NCBI GenBank assembly: GCA_965198065.1 | Contig: CBDAON010000004.1 | Span: 1,536,001 to 1,600,000 of the forward strand | DNA length: 64,000 bases | Direction: 5' to 3' | From: Longimicrobiales bacterium | GTDB taxonomy: Bacteria > Gemmatimonadota > Gemmatimonadetes > Longimicrobiales > Gaopeijiaceae | Part shown: positions 49,202-59,800 of the stretch, in pieces | Position numbering within the stretch: position 1 is the stretch's first letter | How the letters are laid out: each line of letters begins with the position of its first letter | Notes under the pieces: model-generated | Seen by the model: only the letters and a program-made list of their open reading frames with translations | Databases searched by the model: none | What the model was told of the DNA's origin: nothing | Made by a program: the position numbers and the translations under genes

Positions 49202-50589
49202 GACGGGGATCGGCCGGAAGGGGAGCCATCCTTCCACCGTCCGCTCTCCGGAGGCGCGTTATCCCCCGCTCCGGGGGCGTCGAACGGAAGCCGAACCACG
49301 AACCCCGAGCCCCCACCGTCCCTGTTGAACGCCCAGACGACGCCGCCATGCGCCTGAACGGCCTTCCGCACCAACGGAAGGCCGAGCCCGGTCCCCCGCC
49401 GCTTGGAGGTGAACTCGGGCTCCCACATGCGATCGAGAACCGGAGGTTGCATGCCGGGGCCCCGGTCGAGCACGCGGATCTCGGCCCCCGCCTCGAGCGA
49501 CCGGAGCGTCAGCCGAACGGAACGGCCGGCGCCGCTCTCTGTGGTGGCCTCCTGCGCGTTGGCGAGGAGGTTCCGCACGACGCGCTCGAGAGAGTCAAGA
49601 TATCCCAGCACCTCCACCGGACCCTGCGGCGCGTCCAGGTCGATCGGCACCTCGGGGGTCGAGAGCTTCCGAGCTAGCGATGTCACGAGCTCGGTCAGAT
49701 CGACGCGCGCCGGAGGCCCCTCGACGGGGCGACCGAAGTGGGCGAACGCTCGGGCTAGGGTCTCCAACCGCACGATCTCCTCGCGAAGGACATCCCCCGC
49801 CTCGGCGATCGGGGGCTCGCTCGAACGAGCCACCCGCTCGGCGGCGAGGCGCATGGGGGTGAGCGGATTCTTGAGCTCGTGGGCCACTCCTCTGGCCATC
49901 TCCGCCCAGCTCCGCGTACGGATCCGATCGGCCTCGCGGAGCCGCGCCTCCGCGAGACGCTCGGCTGTGGTGCGGAGCGCGCTCTTGAGGACGCCAAACT
50001 CCCGGATCTCCCTTCGCTCCGCTGCCTCATCAGGGAGAGGGAGCGGCTCACCGGCCCCCAGCGCGCGGGTCCAGCCGACGATCTCCTCGACCGGGCGAGA
50101 GAGCCTCTTCGAGAACCAGGTCGCGGTAACCAGGGCGAGGGCCGCAACGAGGAGGAGGAGGCCCGCGCTCAGAACCGGGACCAGCGACAGGAGCCGTCCT
50201 CCCAGAAAGCCGTAGAGCCTCGAGAACTGCACCGATTGGGCGAGCTCATCCCTGTGACGCTCAGCGACCGCCACGAGATCGGACGGGACGTCCTCCAGAG
50301 CCGAGAGCCCGTCGAGCAGTGCCTGGCCCGTGCGGCCGACTTGCTCCCAGGCGCCGGCGCTTCCCGTGGACCGGACCACCTCGCGGAGGCCGAACGCCCC
50401 CGCGCCGAGCAGGAGGACCGTCGGAACGAGCGCGACGAGCAGGAGGACGAGGAAGGTCTGCGTCCGGAACCCCCGGGAGCGGGTGGAATGCGACAGGACC
50501 GGAGCGCCGCCGGATCGGGCATCAGATCCTGGGCTGCTCCGTCCTTCTCGGGGCTGCGGGATGGGCCGGAAGGACGACGGTCCTGGCAT
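49198..50589 (-). CDS. Sensor histidine kinase (NtrY-like)
   Basis: Two TMs, HAMP, WAEMARGVAHELKNPLTP, NLLANA, DRGPG, GTGLGL; start uncertain. Confidence 0.9.
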   Translation of the reverse strand: MPGPSSFRPIPQPREGRSSPGSDARSGGAPVLSHSTRSRGFRTQTFLVLLLVALVPTVLLLGAGAFGLREVVRSTGSAGAWEQVGRTGQALLDGLSALEDVPSDLVAVAERHRDELAQSVQFSRLYGFLGGRLLSLVPVLSAGLLLLVAALALVTATWFSKRLSRPVEEIVGWTRALGAGEPLPLPDEAAERREIREFGVLKSALRTTAERLAEARLREADRIRTRSWAEMARGVAHELKNPLTPMRLAAERVARSSEPPIAEAGDVLREEIVRLETLARAFAHFGRPVEGPPARVDLTELVTSLARKLSTPEVPIDLDAPQGPVEVLGYLDSLERVVRNLLANAQEATTESGAGRSVRLTLRSLEAGAEIRVLDRGPGMQPPVLDRMWEPEFTSKRRGTGLGLPLVRKAVQAHGGVVWAFNRDGGGSGFVVRLPFDAPGAGDNAPPESGRWKDGSPSGRSPS

Positions 50590-50826
50590 GAGACATCCGC
50601 CGGAATCGGGGGCGTCGGGCGGGGCAAGAAAGGTAGGACTCGCCTGCGGCAGCGGGCAAGAAAGCGAAACGACGGCGGAGCGCGACGCCTCGGGACTGCT
50701 CCTCGGTGAGGGTTGCGCTGAACCGGCTGGCCGACTGCCGTCTCCGGCTGAGGGAAGGAAACCCGGTGGAGCGGCGGCTTCGCGACGGGACGTGGGGGAG
50801 GTTCCCGCGCGCGTGACGGAGCCGGT

Positions 50827-52171
50827 TCAGGGATCGGGCGGAGCCCTCCGCAGGCATTCGGGGCAGTAGCGCCAGCCGCGCCTCAGGACCCGACCGCAGA
50901 TACACGCCTGCACCCTGCACCATCCGCAGTAGGGGCAGCCCCGACCGTCTCTCGGTACGCTCCCTCCGCAGCGTACGCAGGGAAGCGACTCGCCGGGATC
51001 CTCCCGGAGCACGCGTGCCACCTCGTGAAGCGTCGTGACCCCCTCGGACACCTTCCGCCGGGCGTTCTCGGCCATTGTGGCCATTCCGGCTTCCTCGGCC
51101 AGGCGCCGAAGCTCCCCGCCGGCCGCGCCTCTCGCGATGGCGTCCCGAATGCCCTCCGTGATGGTGAGCACCTGGAAGACCCCGATCCGGCCCCGATATC
51201 CATGATGACAGGCGGGGCACCCGGCGGGGTGCCCGTCGCAGCGGCGGCGGCTGCGCCGGATCAGCCGTTGGGCGACGATGCCCGAGAGCCCTCCGGCCAG
51301 GAGGTGCGGCTAGACCCCCATCTGGAGCAGGCGGGTGATCCCCGAGGGAGCGTCGATCGTGTGGACGGTCGACAGCACGAGGTGGCCCGTGACGGCCGCG
51401 GCCATCGCGATCTCGGCGGTCTCCCGATCGCGGATCTCCCCAATCATGATCACGTCCGGATCCTGCCGAAGCACGGAGCGGAGCGCCGAGGCGAACGTCA
51501 GACCCGAAGCCGGATTCATCTGCACCTGGTTCACGCCGGGGACGCGGTACTCGACCGGGTCCTCCAGCGTGACGACGTTCGAGGCCACGCGGTCGACCTC
51601 GCCGAGGGCGCCGAATAGGGTTGAGCTCTTCCCGCTTCCCGTGGGGCCGGCGGTGAGGACAACGCCCCGTCCGCCGCCAACCAGGGCGCGTACGCGGGAG
51701 AGGTCCTCCGGGGAGAACCCGAGGTCGGAGAGGTTCGCTGGAACCGCGCGCGGGTCGAGGAAGCGTAGGACCGCCTTCTCGCCTCCCTCGGCGGGGAGGG
51801 TCGAGACGCGGATGCTCAGGGACCGCCCCCCGTGAACGAACGGGAGCCCCCCGTCCTGGGGGCGTCGCTTGACCGAGATGTCCATCCCGGCCAGAACCTT
51901 GATGTGGGAGAGCACGGAGGCTCGCGCCCCCACGGGAAGGTCGGCCACCTTCTGGAGGACGCCGTCGATCCGCTCTCGCACGACGAGCTCTCCGGGGCCG
52001 TGCTCGACGTGCAGGTCGCTGGCGCCCGCGTCCACGGCGCGCCGGAGAAGGAGATCCACGACGCGAACCACAGGGGCGCCGGTAGGGTTGTCGTAACGGG
52101 CCTCCGGCTTCGCCGCTGAGGCCGTGCGGTCGGGACCGGAGGGAAGGGCGCGAGCTAGATCGGTCACCTCG
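50827..52171 (-). pseudogene. PilB/GspE ATPase, 3' part (ATPase plus C-terminal zinc ribbons), with nonsense codon
   Basis: ASDLHVE, RIDGVL, PQDG, GPTGSGKSSTL, TLEDPVE, LRQDPDVIMIGEIRD, TGHLVLSTVH; in-frame TAG at 51310-51312 (MGV*PHLL); C-terminal CxxC ribbons. Confidence 0.88.
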
Positions 52172-52180
52172 CTGACCGGG

Positions 52181-52546
52181 ATGGCACCGACCGCAGCCCT
52201 CTCGCCTGGCCGCTTCGGGAAACTGTTTCGTGGCGGCATGAGTGGCGGCGGCATGGGCGCCGGTGTCGTGAGTCCGACGATCGTGGGGAACACCGCGACC
52301 GCCGAGAACCTCTTTCCCGGCGCCGGCGTTCGGGCCGAGGGTCCCGGGGGCGGCGGGTTCTTCGACGGGATGAACGAGCTCGAGAAGGCATTCCTTCTCA
52401 CGGCGGGGCTGGGCACCATAGCCGACATCGGCGGCGGCATCTACGACCGCGTGAAGCAAAGCAAAGACGAGAAGCGGGAGCGCGAGCGAAAGGACCGGGC
52501 TGGCCGGTCCATATCAGCCGTCCTCAGCCGGCCGAGGAGCTACTAG
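52181..52546 (+). CDS. Gly-rich small phage protein (ejection protein-like), possibly 5'-truncated
   Basis: Gly-rich N-part, hydrophobic helix AFLLTAGLGTIADIGGG, charged tail; stop followed by AGGAG RBS of the next gene. Confidence 0.55.
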   Translation: MAPTAALSPGRFGKLFRGGMSGGGMGAGVVSPTIVGNTATAENLFPGAGVRAEGPGGGGFFDGMNELEKAFLLTAGLGTIADIGGGIYDRVKQSKDEKRERERKDRAGRSISAVLSRPRSY

Positions 52547-52549
52547 GAG

Positions 52550-53398
52550 ATGGGTATCGGGGCGGTGCTGGGCGGCGCGGCCGAGGGAGCCGGGCCGGGA
52601 CTCGGCCGGTTCTCGAACGCCCTCCTCCAGGTGATGGGCTCTCAGCAGCAACGCCGCGGCATGGAGGAGCAGCGGGAGTTCAGGGCCTCCGAATCCGCGT
52701 ACCGCCGGCATCGTGACCAGGTCAGCGACGCGGCCAGCCGTGAGGCCCTCGATCTCCAGGAGCGCACCCTCGAGGCGAGGACGAGGGATGCGGACCGGAG
52801 CTTCGCTCATGCTCTCCGAGCGGGTGGTTGGGATTTCGACTATCACCCCGAGGGGGCGCCCGCCCCGGCGTCCTCCATGACGATCGGCCCCCCGCGTCCC
52901 ATCGTCGGCCCCGGGGGAGGACCGGCTGCGGAGCCGGCGGCCGCGGGCGAAGGCATGAAGTTCGAGCTCCCCCCCCGCCAGGGCGTGGGCGACCGAATCT
53001 CGCGCCGGTTCACGGTCGGAGACTACAACCCCGACCAGGACCCAGCCCTGCAACGCCGGCTTCGAGAGATCGAGGCGACCGCGGCCGCGAGGCCCGGGCC
53101 CGCAGGCCCGACGATGTCCGTCGGAGGGATGACGGCGCCGACCACCCCGGCGGGCCGCGCCACCATCGAGGACCACATGAACTGGCGGTCGTCCCTGCCC
53201 GGCCAGACGCCGGCCGGAGCTCGGGACCCCGCGCGGGATCAGCTCCTCATCGGTGGAGCTCTCGCCCGGATGCAGGGTGAAGACGGTGAGATCGACTATC
53301 TGCGCCTCGAGTCCGTCCTCGACGAGCTCCGCCGGCGTCCCGGCGTGACGAACGACGACCTGGACCTGATTCGGGATCGCTTCACCCGGCAGTACTGA
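52550..53398 (+). CDS. Phage hypothetical protein (ejection protein-like)
   Basis: RBS AGGAG, N-terminal MGIGAVLGGAAEG plus Q/R/E coiled coil; TGATG overlap with the next gene. Confidence 0.7.
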   Translation: MGIGAVLGGAAEGAGPGLGRFSNALLQVMGSQQQRRGMEEQREFRASESAYRRHRDQVSDAASREALDLQERTLEARTRDADRSFAHALRAGGWDFDYHPEGAPAPASSMTIGPPRPIVGPGGGPAAEPAAAGEGMKFELPPRQGVGDRISRRFTVGDYNPDQDPALQRRLREIEATAAARPGPAGPTMSVGGMTAPTTPAGRATIEDHMNWRSSLPGQTPAGARDPARDQLLIGGALARMQGEDGEIDYLRLESVLDELRRRPGVTNDDLDLIRDRFTRQY

Positions 53399-56300
53399 TG
53401 GCCTCGCACGACCCTTGGGACGCGCTCTTCGGAGCGGGAGAGCTGGGCGAGCCCGGAGCTCCCACGGCCACCGCTCCTCCCGCCGGCTCTCCGGACCCCT
53501 GGGACGATCTCTTCGGAGCTCCCGCCTACGCCCCGCCGCCGGCCGCGCCCGAAGAGCCCCGCATGTCCATCGGCGCGCGGATCTCCGCGCCGTTCAGAGC
53601 AGGCTGGGAAGGGCTCAGGCGCGGTAGTGTCGCAACGGTGCCCGAGCTCGCGGGCAACGTGCTCGAGCAGTTCGGAGCGGAGGAGCTCGGTGGCCGCATA
53701 GAGGCGGGCGCCGAGCGGCGCGGGTCACGGTTGGCCGAACAGTGGGAGAGCCCGCAGTTCCGTGACGCCCCCGTCTCGTGGCTGGCCGAGAACCTCGGAC
53801 AAGCACTGCCCACGACGGTCCCGTCGATCGCCGGCGCAGCCGTCGGCTCCTTGCTCGGTCCGGCCGGCACGATCGCCGGCGCCGCCATCCCCGCCTACCT
53901 GATGGGTGTCGGCGACATCCGGGGCGAGCTCGAGGACGCGGGCATGGAAGAGGGCGCCGGCATGAGTGCCCTCACCCTGGGGGGAGCCGTCCCCTACGCG
54001 GCGGCCGACATCCTCATGCCCGCCCGTGTCGGGCGCGCGCTGGCGAGCGGCGGGGCCAAACGTGGATTCGGGGCGATGTTCCGCGCCGCGATGCGCGGCG
54101 GCGCCGAGGAGACGTTCGCGGAGGGTGCGCAGTCCCTCGTATCGCAGGGCGCGGCCGCGGTCGGCACCGGCCAGGAGATCGACCTCCGCCGGATCGGTGA
54201 GGAAGCGGTGCGCGGCGGCGCTGCGGGCGTCTTCCTCGGTGGCGGCGGCCAGGCGGCGGCATCCGTGCTCCCTGCCCGCGATACCGCCGACCCGTCAGCA
54301 GACCCGGGGGCCGCCCCCACCGCGCCCCAGAGAGACGAGGACCCGTGGGACTCCCTACCCGGCCACCCCGGCGGTCCCGGAGGCCGTACAGGACGACGTC
54401 GTGGCTCCGCCGGCGGCTCCCGAAACGGAGCTTATGCCAGAGGAGGCCGCACAGAATCTTCCGCCTGTAACTGAATCTGAAACAGAAACAGGCCCTGCAG
54501 TTTCTGAAACGCCCACGTGGGCCCGGGAGTCGATCGTCGACGAGGATCCGGACCAGGCTCCGGCTCCCCCCGAGCGCCGACAGCGTTCGATCTTTCCCGG
54601 GGACGACCGGAAGGTCGAGACCGAGTACACCGTGGTCGAGGCGGACCGGCTCAAGGCCAGTCACACGGCGAATTACGCGCAGCGGGCGCCCGAGGAGTTC
54701 CCGGCCGAGATCCAGGGCCGTGCCTATCACGGGCAGCGCGGCCGCCAGGCGCGCGAGCACACCGAGCAGATCGTGTCCGGCTTCGATCCGGACCGGGCGC
54801 TGGACCGGACGTCGTCGGCTGCCGAGGGCCCGCCGATCGTGACGCCGTCCGGGGTCGCGGTGGCAGGCAACGGCCGGATTATCGCGCAGCAGCGCCTCTA
54901 CGAGAGCGCCCCCGAGAGGGGAACCGAGCTGAAGGGTGCGCTCCAGGAGCGGGCGGCGGACTTCGGGCTCGATCCTGCCCAGGTCGCCGGTATGGAGCGG
55001 CCCGTCCTCGTCCGGCGGATCGTGGACCCCGAGGTGGACGTCACGAACGTCGAGCAGCTCCGCGAGCTCAACGCGAGCTCGGACCAGCCCATCGGGAAGA
55101 CGAAGGATCCGCTCTCGGAGGCGCAGGGGAAGGCGGCGCAGTTCCGCGAAGCCCGGGGGGCTCTCGACCACTTCGCGGCCACGGCCGATCCGGACGCGAC
55201 GATCCGGTCCTACCTGGGGACCGGGTCGGGGCGCGACTTCCTGGGCGAGCTCGTCGACGACGGGGTCATTTCCAAGGGGGAGCGGGCCCGATTCGCGGAC
55301 GCGACGACGGGGGTGGCCACCGAGGAGGGGCGCCAGCTCATCGAGCGGATGTTCTACGTGGCGGCGATCGGGGACCCGGATGTGATCTCGCGCGCGCCGC
55401 CGGCCGTGCTCCGCAAGCTGGACACCTCCCTACCGGCGATCATCCGCGCGGACCGGATCGGTGGCGGCTGGGAGATCGGGCCGCTCGTGAGGGAGTCGCT
55501 CGACCTTCTGGCGGGGGCGAGGGCGGGCGACATGAATCTCGACGACCTGGTCGCTCAGCGCGACTTCACCCGCCCGGCTCCCGACGAGCACGTGGTCGAG
55601 ATGGCCCGGTTCCTCGAGAGCGGGAAGGCCAACGTCCGCGACGCCTTCCGGGCCTACGCGAACCAGGCGGAAGCGTTCACCCGGGGCACCGCGTCCGACG
55701 ATCTCTTCGGGTTCGAGCCGGCGGGCCCCGAGGAGTCTCAGTCCATCTTCGGGAAGGCCGCGCTCGCGCCACGTGGCGATCCGCGTACGGCGCTCAGGCA
55801 GATGCTTTCCTTGCCGGGCGAGCCCTCCCAGGGGTCGGCGGCCGAGCCCGAGCGGATCTTCGGCCGGCGGGAGGAACGGGAACGCCAGGAGTGGGAACGG
55901 CTCGGCGAGGGCCTGTCCGAAGAGGATGCGGCCACCAGAGAGCGGATGTTCCCGTTCATCGCCAAGGCGCGGGAGAACCAGAAGCTGCAGTTCAGCGAGG
56001 AGGAGCTCGCGGCGGCCGCCGGCCGGGAGCAGCGCAGCCCCTACGATTTCCTAGAGACCAGGGCTGCGCGTGAGCGGGCCGCCAACGCTCCGCAGGACAC
56101 GTACCTGATAGACACTCCGGAGCGGCTCACGCTGCGCCGTAAGATCGCCGACCTGCTCTACAACACCCGCATCGCGGCGCGGAAGCGGGAGAAGCGGGCG
56201 TTTGTGGTCATCGGGCCCGCCGGCGCCGGCAAGACCCGGGTCGTCTCCGGCCGGCTCATCGACGAGCATGGCGCCCTCGAGATCGACGCCGACCTGGCCA

Positions 56301-56632
56301 AGCCTCACCTGCCGGAGTACGAGGGCGGCATCAACGCCAAGGGCGTCCACGTCGAGTCTTCCCTGATTGCGGAGGAGCGCGTGATGTCCCAGGCACTGGC
56401 GGCCGGCGACAATATCGTGCTGTCGAAGATCGGTAAGAACACCGCCTCCATGAAACCCATCCTCGACCAGCTCAGGGAAGCCGGGTACGTCACGGATCTC
56501 TACCTGGTCGATCTCGACCCCATGCTGGCCGCCGGTCGGGCGCTGACACGCTTCTACGAGGGTGGCCGGTTCGTCGACCCGGTCTATGGGATCGAGGATG
56601 TCGGCCGGAAGCCCCAGCAGACGTTCGTCGAC

Positions 56633-56661
56633 TTGAAGAGCGATCCGGCTGTCAGTAGATT
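56633..56661 (+). promoter_or_regulatory. Putative internal sigma70 promoter for the nested ORF
   Basis: TTGAAG (56633-56638), 17 bp, TAGATT (56656-56661) in an AT-enriched patch of an otherwise GC3-rich gene. Confidence 0.5.
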
Positions 56662-56723
56662 TACTTGGTTTGACAACGATGTGGAGAGGGGGCAACCGCC
56701 CCGCCTTGTAGAGGAAGGAAAGA

Positions 56724-56891
56724 ATGGCCAAGCGCGATCCGATGGACTTCTCTTTCGCGAAGGGCCTCAAGCGGGAGGACTTCGAGAGGGACGGGATCCT
56801 GGACCTGGAGGGTATGGCCGACGCGGCCGCGGAGCTCGGGAGGAAGGCGGACCGGGCCGACGCGGCGAAGGAGAAGGCGGCACAGCAGTAG
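56724..56891 (+). CDS. Nested overlapping 55-aa protein, candidate antitoxin/immunity protein of the zeta-like domain
   Basis: ATG preceded by GAGGAAGGAAAGA; MAKRDPMDFSFAKGLKREDFERDGILDLEGMADAAAELGRKADRADAAKEKAAQQ*; codons nearly all GC3 in this frame, while the host frame becomes G/R/E low-complexity over the same span. Confidence 0.65.
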   Translation: MAKRDPMDFSFAKGLKREDFERDGILDLEGMADAAAELGRKADRADAAKEKAAQQ

Positions 56892-59800
56892 GTCCGTCCG
56901 CAGTACATCCGCTGGCCCCCACCGCCGAGGTATCCGAGCAGCTCCGTAGCGCCGGCACGTTCGCCGAGGGCACATCGATGGAGGCGCCCAAGGCCACGGC
57001 CATCGTGCGCGATCTCCAGAAGGTCCTGCACGTGCAGCTCGAGGGCCTGAAGGTCTCCGAGGGCAAGCTCCAGAAGCGGGGCATCTTCCGCCGGGCTCTC
57101 GCACAGGTGGACCCCCGGGCCCAGGTCGTACGCGCCGTCTCCCTCTCCGACGTCGCCTCGATCGGCCACGAGTACGGCCACCTCATGCAGAAGCTCCTCC
57201 TGGGCGCCTCGGAGGCCGGGGGGATCGACAACGCCACGCTCGCGCGCCTCCCGGGGGCCGTGCGCGGCGAGCTCCAGGACCTTGCCCAGGGGATCAGCAA
57301 CGAATCGCTCACCGAGGGATGGGCCGAGTTCTGGCGGATCTACCTGGACAACCCCGACACCCTCGGGACCGAGGCGCCCAACGTGCTCAACCACGTCGAG
57401 GGCCTCCTCGAGACCCACCCGGCCGTCAGGAACGCATGGACGGACGCCCGTGAGCAATGGAAGCTGCACCGCGACGCCTCGCCCCAGGCCAGGGTCCGGA
57501 GCCACATATCGGTCGGAGAGGGCGATCCGGACGCGCTCTCGATCGACGGTAAGTGGATGCGGTTCCGAACGAACGTGCTGGACGACTTCGAGGCGATCCG
57601 GAAGGTGGTCGCCCATGTGCGGGAGCGGACCGGCGACGAGCTCACCATCGCGGAGGACGTGGAGACGCTCGCCAGGCTGTCGCGCGGTGCGTCCGGGATC
57701 GCCGACATGTTCATCGGCGAGAAGCAGGGCGACCGCTTCATCGGCGGTCAGGTGGACTTCGGGACGCTCGAGCGGAGGCGGAAGAGCCTGACCGAGATCC
57801 TAGACCCCGTGGAGGACCAGCTCGACGACTTCCGCGATTACATCGTGGCCAGGCGCGCGCAGGAGCTCCACGGACGCGATCTCCTCACCGGGATCCGGGA
57901 CGAGGACGTCAAGTGGACGATCCGTCACCTCGAGGACCGCTACGGCGAGAGCTTCAAGCCGGCCTTCGACGAGCTTCAGGAGTACAACAAGGCGCTGCTT
58001 CGGTTCCTCGTCGACTCGGGTGTGATTTCAGAGGAGACCTTCGACCAGATCGTCGAGGTGAATCAGAATCACGTGCCGTTCTACCGGGTCCGCGAAGGGG
58101 GAGGCGGAGCCCTCGGCGCCGGATCCGGGTTCGGGACGCTCTGGAGCCCGGTCAAGCGGTTCAAGGGCAGCGGCCGGGACATCATCGACCCGCTCGAGAG
58201 CATCCTCAAGAACACGTACAACTACGTCCAGGTCGCACAGAACCAGCGAGTCTCGACCGCCCTCGCGAGCCTGGCCGAGAAGCCGGGCGTCGGCGACCTC
58301 TTCGAGCAGCTCCTCACGCCGATGAAGCGGCAACAATTCACCGTCGGGGAGATCGAGAAGGACCTGAAGGAATCCGTTCCCGGCTACGAGCAGCTCCTCG
58401 AGAAGCTCGAGAAGGCCGGCGTCGACCCGAGCTCGGAGCTCTTCGCCGTCTTCCGGCCGGGTGACTACCACGGGAAGGAGAACACGATCTCCGTCCTGGA
58501 GGAGGGGAAGCGGAAGTGGTTCGAGGTCGACCCCGAGCTCTACAAGGCGCTCGAGGGCCTGAACACCGAACAGCGTGACGCTTGGGTGCGGGCGATGTCC
58601 GCGCCGGCGCGCTGGCTTCGGGCCGGCGCCACGCTCAACCCCGCCTTCATGATCCGTAACTTCATACGCGATCAGCGCATGGCGTTCGTCCAGAGCGAGC
58701 ACGGGTACCGACCCGTCTGGGATTTCGCGCTCGGGGTCTTCGAGGCGGTCAAGAAGGGCGAGACGTACGAACAGTTCATGGTTTCCGGCGCGCACCGCGG
58801 GACCATGCTCGGTCTCGACCGGGATTCGCAGCAGCGCAACCTGCAGAAGCTCTTGAAGAGCGACGGTGTGCCGAACGTCCTCAAGAATCCGCTCGACATC
58901 CTGCGGGCCTTGTCCGAGCTGTCCGAGACGGGCACACGGATGGGCGAGTTCATGCGGGCCCGGGAGAAGCTCGGGGAATCGGGGGAGGCGCTCCAGAAGA
59001 GCGGTGCGGCCGCCCGGGAGGTGTCAGTCGACTTCGCCAGGCACGGTGCTAAGACGACCGCGCTTAGGGGGATGGCGGCTTTCTGGAACGCGCGGATGCA
59101 GGGCTACGACCGTTTGGGGCGCGCGGTGAAGAAGAGTCCCGTGAAGTTCATGGCGACGACGTTCGGTGCGGTGACGCTCCCCTCCATGCTCCTCTACTTC
59201 GTCAACCGTGACGAGCCGGAGTTTTGGGAGATTCCGCAGTGGCGGCGCGATCTCTTCGACATGGTGAAGGTGAACGACACCTGGCTCAGCATCCCGAAGC
59301 CGTTCGAGCTGGGGCTCTTGTTCGGGACGCTCCCGGTCCGCGTGCTCTCGGCGATCGAGAACACTCCCGGCGGTTCGGAGGAGCTCCGGAGGTTCTTCGA
59401 GGACACGCTCTCGAAGGAGCTGACCTCGATCGGGCCGGCGCCGACGGCCGTCATGCCGCTCATCGAGAACCTCACGAACTGGAGCTTTTTCCTCCAGCGG
59501 CCGATCGTGCCACGGAGCGAGGAGAACGTCCGCGACCGCGAGCAGGGGAACGAGCGGACTTCCGAGATCGCGAAGCTCCTGGCCCGGTGGTCGCCGGGCC
59601 CCGAGGGGATTTCTCCCCGCTCGATCGACAACCTCCTCTATTCGTGGACGGGAGGACTCGGCCGCCTCGCAAGCCGTGGGGTGGACCTGGGCGTCGACGT
59701 CGCTACGGGGAAGCCCCCCGGGCCGACCAGGCAGGCTGCGGACTATCCGGGGATCCGGGGCGTCACCATCCGCACACCCGGGCTCTCGTCAGAGTCCGTC

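Noticed and set aside
50590..50826. Possible riboswitch (e.g. c-di-GMP) between the ATPase and the kinase
   Set aside because: No conserved riboswitch motif could be identified by eye.
2191..50869. Numerous long Arg/Gly/Pro-rich overlapping ORFs in the track
   Set aside because: Shadow ORFs typical of very high-GC DNA; no motifs or RBS, and they overlap well-supported genes. The 56724-56891 ORF differs in having an RBS, a promoter-like motif and favourable codon bias.
51310..51312. In-frame TAG (and TAA at 20894) as recoding or an alternative genetic code
   Set aside because: TAG and TAA terminate many intact genes here, and both affected genes carry other lesions, so these are nonsense mutations.
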